From Marispirochaeta sp. (GTDB lineage: Bacteria > Spirochaetota > Spirochaetia > JC444 > Marispirochaetaceae), in NCBI GenBank assembly GCA_963676835.2, contig CAXXFF010000001.1:864001-928000 (forward strand): DNA of 64,000 nucleotides, written 5' to 3'. The number at the start of each line of letters is the position of its first letter. The first letter of the stretch is position 1. The notes under the pieces are model-generated. The model was not told where the DNA came from. It was given only the letters and a program-made list of their open reading frames with translations, and did not search any database. A program made the position numbers and the translations under genes. Positions 58,362 through 64,000 of this stretch are shown here, piece by piece.

Positions 58362-58421
58362 AACCGCCTGAGTATATCATGGTGAGTTGCCTTTTAGTAA
58401 GTGATTATCTATATTGATCCA

Positions 58422-59318
58422 ATGCAGATACCAGACTACCCAGAGTTTGAACCCATAAGCGCAGATATGCGCGACGAACTGCACCCGCCCCTTGCCCACC
58501 TGAAATTCGGAATATCTGAATTCACCTTTGCCAACCTTTTTCTGTTCAGAGAAACCTATAACTATAGAATCAGCAGACTGAAAGACGGCAGCCATATTAT
58601 CTCAGGTGAAAAGGACGGTGAAAAGTTTGTAATGCTGCCCTTCGGGCTGCCGGACCAGGAAACCCTTGTTTCCCTTTTTTCCGACCACACTTATATAAAG
58701 AATCTTGCAGAACCGGCTGCGGCGGCTGCCCGGATAGAGCTCGAACGAATGGGCTTCTGCCTGATCGAAGACAGAGACAACTTCGACTATCTTTATCTGA
58801 CTAAAGATCTGGCCCACCTTCCGGGCAAGAAGTATCACAAGAAGCGGAATCTGGTAAAACAGTTTCTGAATAATTATGAATACTCTGAAATAAAGATAGA
58901 TGAACAGAATATAGATGATGCTTTTCTTGTTGCCCGGCAGTGGGCTGAAGGAAGGGAGGATCCAGGCGATACCAAAGCCGCCCTGGAAGCCCTTGAGTTA
59001 AGCAGTTTTCTCGATCTATGGGGTTATCTCTATTACGTGGACGGTACCCCCGCAGCCTATGTACTGGGTGAATCCATTGCACGGGGCAAGGGAGTTGTTG
59101 TACATTTTGAAAAGGCTGTGGGAGACTACAAGGGGATTTACCAGTTTATCAATAAGTCCTTTGCGTCTATTCTCCCTCATCATTTCAGTTTTATTAACCG
59201 TGAGCAGGATCTGGGGGATCCGGGGCTCAGACAGGCCAAGATGACATACCGTCCGTCCGGTTTTGTACGTAAATACAGGGTTTATGTCGATCCAACCTGC
59301 CCATGTCCGGGCAACTAA
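58422..59318 (+). CDS. DUF2156 / aminoacyl-phosphatidylglycerol-synthase-like GNAT domain protein
   Basis: DRDNFDYLY, GKKYHKKRN, VHFEKA, INREQDLGDPGLRQAKMTYRP; start moved to ATG 58422. Confidence 0.88.
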   Translation: MQIPDYPEFEPISADMRDELHPPLAHLKFGISEFTFANLFLFRETYNYRISRLKDGSHIISGEKDGEKFVMLPFGLPDQETLVSLFSDHTYIKNLAEPAAAAARIELERMGFCLIEDRDNFDYLYLTKDLAHLPGKKYHKKRNLVKQFLNNYEYSEIKIDEQNIDDAFLVARQWAEGREDPGDTKAALEALELSSFLDLWGYLYYVDGTPAAYVLGESIARGKGVVVHFEKAVGDYKGIYQFINKSFASILPHHFSFINREQDLGDPGLRQAKMTYRPSGFVRKYRVYVDPTCPCPGN

Positions 59319-59470
59319 GGACAACAGGGCTACAGGTGAACACAAAACAGAAGTTTTTTGGCTGTTTTCATACACCGTGGTAGCTTTTTTCAGTTTATAC
59401 AAAGAGGTATTTTTTGCAGTGAGTCAGTAATTCATTGCAGGATATAAATTAAAAAACATGTACTTTTTTA

Positions 59471-59486
59471 TGGCATGTTTTTTGCT
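59471..59486 (+). promoter_or_regulatory. Sigma-54 (-24/-12) promoter of the glutamine synthetase gene
   Basis: TGGCATGTTTTTTGCT has GG and GC exactly 10 bp apart, and ends 38 nt before the start codon. Confidence 0.8.
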
Positions 59487-59524
59487 TCTAATTAAGAAGT
59501 AAATATTCCACCAAGGAGCGTAAT

Positions 59525-61648
59525 GTGGCACGCACAGAGATTGATTTTGCATCTAATCCGTTAACCGAGGTTTACGGCTGCAACTCATTCAGTGACGCTG
59601 TAATGCGGGAACGTCTTCCCAAAAGCATTTACAAGGCGGTCAAGAAAGTCCAGGCCGGCGAGGCCGAACTCAGCCTGGAAGTAGCAGAAGTAGTGGCTAA
59701 CGCCATGAAAGACTGGGCTATTGAAAAGGGAGCTACCCACTATACCCACTGGTTCCAGCCCCTCACCGGTCTTACTGCAGAAAAACACGATTCTTTTATT
59801 TCTCCCACCAGCGATGGAAAGGTAATCATGGAGTTTTCCGGAAAGGAACTGATTCAGGGCGAGCCTGATGCATCTTCCTTCCCCTCCGGAGGTCTTCGTG
59901 CTACTTTCGAAGCCCGGGGCTATACTGCATGGGACACAACTTCTCCTGCTTTCCTCAAAGAGGATGCAACTGGAGTTACTCTCTACATCCCCACAGCATT
60001 CATCTCCTACAACGGTGAAGCACTGGACAAGAAGGTTCCCCTTCTCCGTTCAATGGAAGCCATCAACAAACAGGCTCTCCGTATTCTCCGCGCCATGGGC
60101 AATGATACCAGCAAGCGGGTAATTACCACTGTTGGTCCCGAGCAGGAATACTTCCTGATCGACGCTGAATACTACAAGAAACGGGCCGACCTTCTTCTTA
60201 CAGGACGTACCGTTTTCGGTTCCATGCCTGCAAAAGGCCAGGAAATGGACGACCACTACTTCGGTACTATCAAGGAAAGAGTAGCGGACTACATGAGAGA
60301 GCTTAACTACGAGCTCTGGAAACTGGGAATTTCCGCAAAAACCCAGCACAATGAAGTTGCTCCCGGCCAGTTCGAGCTTGCCACTATCTTTGATTCTTCA
60401 AACGTAGCAACCGATATGAACCAGCTGGTTATGGAAACCATGAAGAGAATTGCCAGCCGTCAGGGACTTGCATGTCTTCTCCACGAGAAGCCCTTTGCAG
60501 GAGTTAACGGTTCCGGTAAGCACAACAACTGGTCCATGGGTACCGACGACGGAATCAACCTGCTTGAGCCCGGCGACAATCCCCACGACAATGCACAGTT
60601 CATGCTTTTTGTAGCAGCAACCATCAAGGCTGTTGATACCTACTCCAAGATTCTGCGCATGTCTGCGGCAAATGCCGGAAACGATCACCGGCTTGGTGCC
60701 AACGAAGCACCTCCCGCGATCATCTCCATCTTCCTTGGCGATCAGCTTGAAAACATCCTTGAGGCTGTTTCAGGCAGTGCTGCGGCAAACAAGTCCGGCG
60801 GCGGAAAACTTGAACTCGGTGCAAGCACCCTGCCCAAGCTCCCCAGAGACATTACCGACCGTAACCGTACCAGCCCCTTTGCATTTACCGGTAACAAGTT
60901 TGAGTTCCGCATGGTGCCCTCTTCCGAGTCTATCGCGGGCCCCAACGTTGTACTCAACACTGCAGTTGCAGAGATCCTTGCAGAGTATGCTGACGAACTT
61001 GAGAAAGCATCTGACAAGACTGCAACAATCCAGAAGATTGTTAAAGAATCCTACCTTGCTCACAAGCGGGTTATCTTCAACGGTAACGGATACTCTGACG
61101 AGTGGGTTGCAGAAGCCGAAAAACGCGGTCTTCCCAACATCAAGTCCACCGTTGAGGCAATTGCTGAGATCATCAGCCCCGAATCTATTGCTCTCTTCGA
61201 GAAGCACAAGGTATTTACCAAGGAAGAGCTTGAGTCCCGCTATGAGGTTTACCTCGAGAAGTACTGCATGCAGCTGAACATTGAAGCCAGCGTAATGGTT
61301 GAGATGGCTGATCTTGAGATCCTGCCTGCTGCGGCTGCCTACTCAAAGGAACTGGCGGACGGTGTTGCAGCAATTAAAGCTGCCGGTGCTGATGCATCCG
61401 CACAGATCGATCTGCTGAAGGCTATCGGAGTTGAACTGAAAGGCCTGAAAGCAAAATCCGATGAACTCAAGAAAGAGATCGAAGCTGCCAACGGTGCTTC
61501 TGATGCTTTCGCAATGGGCAAAGCGTTCAAGTTTACTGTTTATCCCAAGATGGAGGAGCTCCGTGCACACGGAGATGCTCTGGAGAAAATGGTAAGCAAG
61601 ACCTACTGGCCTTTCCCCACTTACGAAGATCTTCTGTTCCGTCTGTAA
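59525..61648 (+). CDS. glnA: Glutamine synthetase type III
   Basis: HYTHWFQPLTG, EPDASSFP, HNEVAPGQFE, GVNGSGKHNNWS, DRNRTSPFAFTGNKFEFR motifs. Confidence 0.96.
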   Translation: MARTEIDFASNPLTEVYGCNSFSDAVMRERLPKSIYKAVKKVQAGEAELSLEVAEVVANAMKDWAIEKGATHYTHWFQPLTGLTAEKHDSFISPTSDGKVIMEFSGKELIQGEPDASSFPSGGLRATFEARGYTAWDTTSPAFLKEDATGVTLYIPTAFISYNGEALDKKVPLLRSMEAINKQALRILRAMGNDTSKRVITTVGPEQEYFLIDAEYYKKRADLLLTGRTVFGSMPAKGQEMDDHYFGTIKERVADYMRELNYELWKLGISAKTQHNEVAPGQFELATIFDSSNVATDMNQLVMETMKRIASRQGLACLLHEKPFAGVNGSGKHNNWSMGTDDGINLLEPGDNPHDNAQFMLFVAATIKAVDTYSKILRMSAANAGNDHRLGANEAPPAIISIFLGDQLENILEAVSGSAAANKSGGGKLELGASTLPKLPRDITDRNRTSPFAFTGNKFEFRMVPSSESIAGPNVVLNTAVAEILAEYADELEKASDKTATIQKIVKESYLAHKRVIFNGNGYSDEWVAEAEKRGLPNIKSTVEAIAEIISPESIALFEKHKVFTKEELESRYEVYLEKYCMQLNIEASVMVEMADLEILPAAAAYSKELADGVAAIKAAGADASAQIDLLKAIGVELKGLKAKSDELKKEIEAANGASDAFAMGKAFKFTVYPKMEELRAHGDALEKMVSKTYWPFPTYEDLLFRL

Positions 61649-61673
61649 TATTTCAGATTACGGAAGAATTCAG

Positions 61674-61705
61674 AAAGCCCCGCATTTTCGCGGGGCTTTT
61701 CTTTT
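61674..61705 (+). terminator. Intrinsic terminator
   Basis: AAAGCCCCGC-N6-GCGGGGCTTT followed by TCTTTT. Confidence 0.85.
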
Positions 61706-61805
61706 ATGGTGACCATAAAACAGATCACAGACCATAATCAACGTACAATTACAAACAAGCAGTTTTCAGATAACGGGTAAAATAGAAAAAAACCAGTTCA
61801 GACTG

Positions 61806-63530
61806 TCAGGTTTTTGCAGAACTGTCCTCAAAAAGCCCCATAAGCAGGTTAGCTCCCATAGCATCGGGATCTTTCATGCTTTCCATGGACTTCAGCAGAT
61901 CCTTCAGCTCAAGAACCTCCTCCAGCAGAAGGAGCCGCACAAACTGTTCATGAGCAGGAGCGGTACGCACAGAAATGGTAGATCCTTTCTGCACCAGACT
62001 GATAAGTACATCGTCCTTGCGGATATGATAGAGCCGTTCCCGTGCAGAATCGACCAGGTGAATAAAAAACTCCTCGTTCTGAAAGGCTTTCAGCATCTCC
62101 TGACGCATAAAGTCAGTCATACGCAGAGAGGGAAACTCCAGATCGAAGGACTGTACCGGTTCATCGGAATGTTTTTCCGCCCGCTTGCGGGTATACCCGC
62201 TGCCACCTTCAAAACTGCGTATGAGCAGGGGAGGAGCTATTACGGTGGCAATCAGCAGGGTCATAATGGCTACCCCAAAAAGATCCTTGCCAATAGCTCC
62301 GGATGAGAGACCGATTCCCGCAACAATAAGGGTAACTTCCCCCCGGGGAAGCATGCCTGCACCAATACGGAAGGCCCCTCTCAGGTTAAACCCGGTTAAG
62401 AGGCTCGGTATGCCGCATCCTATCAGCTTGCCGGCCACTGCCACAGCGGAATAGAGAAGTCCGAAGCCCAGGACAGGAACGAGAGAGGCAAAATCCACCA
62501 TCATTCCCATTACACAGAAGAATATAGGCACAAAGAAAGAGTAGAGCCCGGAAAGGTTTTCCCGAATTTCATGGGCAATATCTGTCTGGGACAGGGAAAG
62601 GCCGGTAACATAGGCCCCGATAATCATGGCAAGCCCCACCGTCTCGGACAGACCGGCCAGGACAAGGGCAATTCCAAAGGCAATTCCTGCTATGGTGTCC
62701 ATACCCTCAAAATGCTTAAGCCCCTTTGTAAGCCGGGGTGCGATAAGAATACCGATGACTGTACAGACAAGCCAGAAACCGAATGCTTTGGCAGCAATTA
62801 TTCCGATCCCGCCCCAGTCCAGGGCACTGCCGCTGGTCTCTGCTTTGGAGATACCTACTACAACTGCAAGGAGAATAATACCGACAACATCGTCGAGAAC
62901 AGCAGCAGCAAGAATGGTTACGCCCTCAGGGGAGGACATTTTCTTCTTTTCCGAAAGAATACGGGCGGTAATGCCTACCGATGTTGCCGTAGACAGGGTG
63001 CCGAGAAACAGAGCAGCAGGGTCGGTGAATGAGTGAACCTGGGGAAGAAAAAGTACCGCCGTAAGGTCTCCTAAAATAAAAGAAACCACAACCCCGCCAA
63101 GACCGACCACCGATCCAAGACCGGAAAAACGGAGAAACGTGGGAAGGTCGGTCTCAAGGCCTGCCAGAAAGAGCAGAATTATGGAGGCATGCACCGCAAA
63201 TCCATAGAGTTCCGGCTGTATGGGAAGAGCACCGTCGAAGACAGGAAAAAGAGGGCCATGAAGAAAGGGAATAATCAGCGATCCCAGGGCGTATGGACCA
63301 ATCAGCATCCCTGCCGCCAGTTCTCCGAGAACCCTGGGCTGCCGGAAAACCTGAACAAAAACATGCCCCATAACCTTGGCACTGATAATAACTGCCGCAA
63401 GCTGCAGCATGAGCCGGGTCATTACATGATTCATAGATTCCGATGAAGAGATTGCATGGGCGCTTTCACTGGATGCGAATAGAATAACCGGCAGTATCAG
63501 CACAAGGGAGATATACAGCTTTTTTTTCAT
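61806..63530 (-). CDS. CPA2-family cation:proton antiporter with C-terminal soluble extension
   Basis: TATSVGITARIL, AAVLDDV, GMLPRGEV motifs. Confidence 0.92.
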   Translation of the reverse strand: MKKKLYISLVLILPVILFASSESAHAISSSESMNHVMTRLMLQLAAVIISAKVMGHVFVQVFRQPRVLGELAAGMLIGPYALGSLIIPFLHGPLFPVFDGALPIQPELYGFAVHASIILLFLAGLETDLPTFLRFSGLGSVVGLGGVVVSFILGDLTAVLFLPQVHSFTDPAALFLGTLSTATSVGITARILSEKKKMSSPEGVTILAAAVLDDVVGIILLAVVVGISKAETSGSALDWGGIGIIAAKAFGFWLVCTVIGILIAPRLTKGLKHFEGMDTIAGIAFGIALVLAGLSETVGLAMIIGAYVTGLSLSQTDIAHEIRENLSGLYSFFVPIFFCVMGMMVDFASLVPVLGFGLLYSAVAVAGKLIGCGIPSLLTGFNLRGAFRIGAGMLPRGEVTLIVAGIGLSSGAIGKDLFGVAIMTLLIATVIAPPLLIRSFEGGSGYTRKRAEKHSDEPVQSFDLEFPSLRMTDFMRQEMLKAFQNEEFFIHLVDSARERLYHIRKDDVLISLVQKGSTISVRTAPAHEQFVRLLLLEEVLELKDLLKSMESMKDPDAMGANLLMGLFEDSSAKT

Positions 63531-63545
63531 CTGGCAGGCCTCATT

Positions 63546-63989
63546 TTAGTGAAAAAGATCGAGCAGCTCCTGGGAACTGGCAGCCTTTAATATGCGTTCT
63601 CTATCTTCCGCAGTTTTGAGAAGCTGACTTATCTCTGCCAGGAACTGAACGTGCGGGCCCGTTCTGCTGGTAGGAGACAGGGTCATAATGAATATTCTAC
63701 TGGGCTCACCGTCCAGAGCCTGGAAATCAAGTCCTTCCTTTTTTATCCCTATGCAGGCAACCAGTTCATCAACGGCATCGCTTTTGCCATGGGGAATAGC
63801 TACTCCATGCTGAATACCGGTGGACATCTTATCTTCGCGGTCAAGTATAGCCGCAAGAGCAGCCTCCCGGTCGGAGACTTTTCCGCCCTTCATCAACAGA
63901 TCCAGAAGCTCTTCCAGTACATCCTTTTTATTGGCGGACTGCAGGTTTATTGAAACAACTTCATTATTAAGTATTTTTCGCAGGTTCAT
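63546..63989 (-). CDS. PTS EIIA domain protein (Ntr/Fru type)
   Basis: REDKMSTGIQHGVAIPHG and ALDGEP motifs. Confidence 0.92.
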   Translation of the reverse strand: MNLRKILNNEVVSINLQSANKKDVLEELLDLLMKGGKVSDREAALAAILDREDKMSTGIQHGVAIPHGKSDAVDELVACIGIKKEGLDFQALDGEPSRIFIMTLSPTSRTGPHVQFLAEISQLLKTAEDRERILKAASSQELLDLFH

Positions 63990-64000
63990 AAAGCAACTGT

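Noticed and set aside
59523..59564. Out-of-frame ATG overlapping the GTG start (ATGTGGCA), also present at 17718
   Set aside because: Only two cases and easily produced by chance; no further support for a regulatory uORF

Overview
This is a gene-dense bacterial chromosomal segment of roughly 50% GC (estimated by eye), most likely from a free-living spirochaete (Spirochaetaceae-like). That call is an inference from the lipoprotein signals, groEL without an adjacent groES, the FapA/DUF342 gene and the long SecD/SecF insertions. Most genes are housekeeping: yajC-secDF, groEL, mnmA, mnmE-mnmG-rsmG, argR-C-B-D-G, pgi, ftsK, uppP, pepT and a type III glutamine synthetase. I saw no rRNA, tRNA, CRISPR array or transposase. 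The best candidate for an undescribed system is the cassette at 17637-21378. It encodes an ECF sigma factor, a membrane anti-sigma-like protein, and an exported caspase-family protease with beta-solenoid repeats and a probable beta-barrel. The same R-L-K-G motif occurs just after the protease's catalytic Cys and just outside the anti-sigma membrane helix, which suggests a protease-triggered sigma-release switch. Other notable items are a yeast/plant-type chorismate mutase, an Hsp70 substrate-binding-domain/TM/LysM fusion, a candidate anti-Shine-Dalgarno sRNA, an atypical nucleotidyl cyclase, a lipoprotein with an apparent ATC start, and several apparently leaderless genes. All family assignments come from reading motifs by eye, not from database searches.
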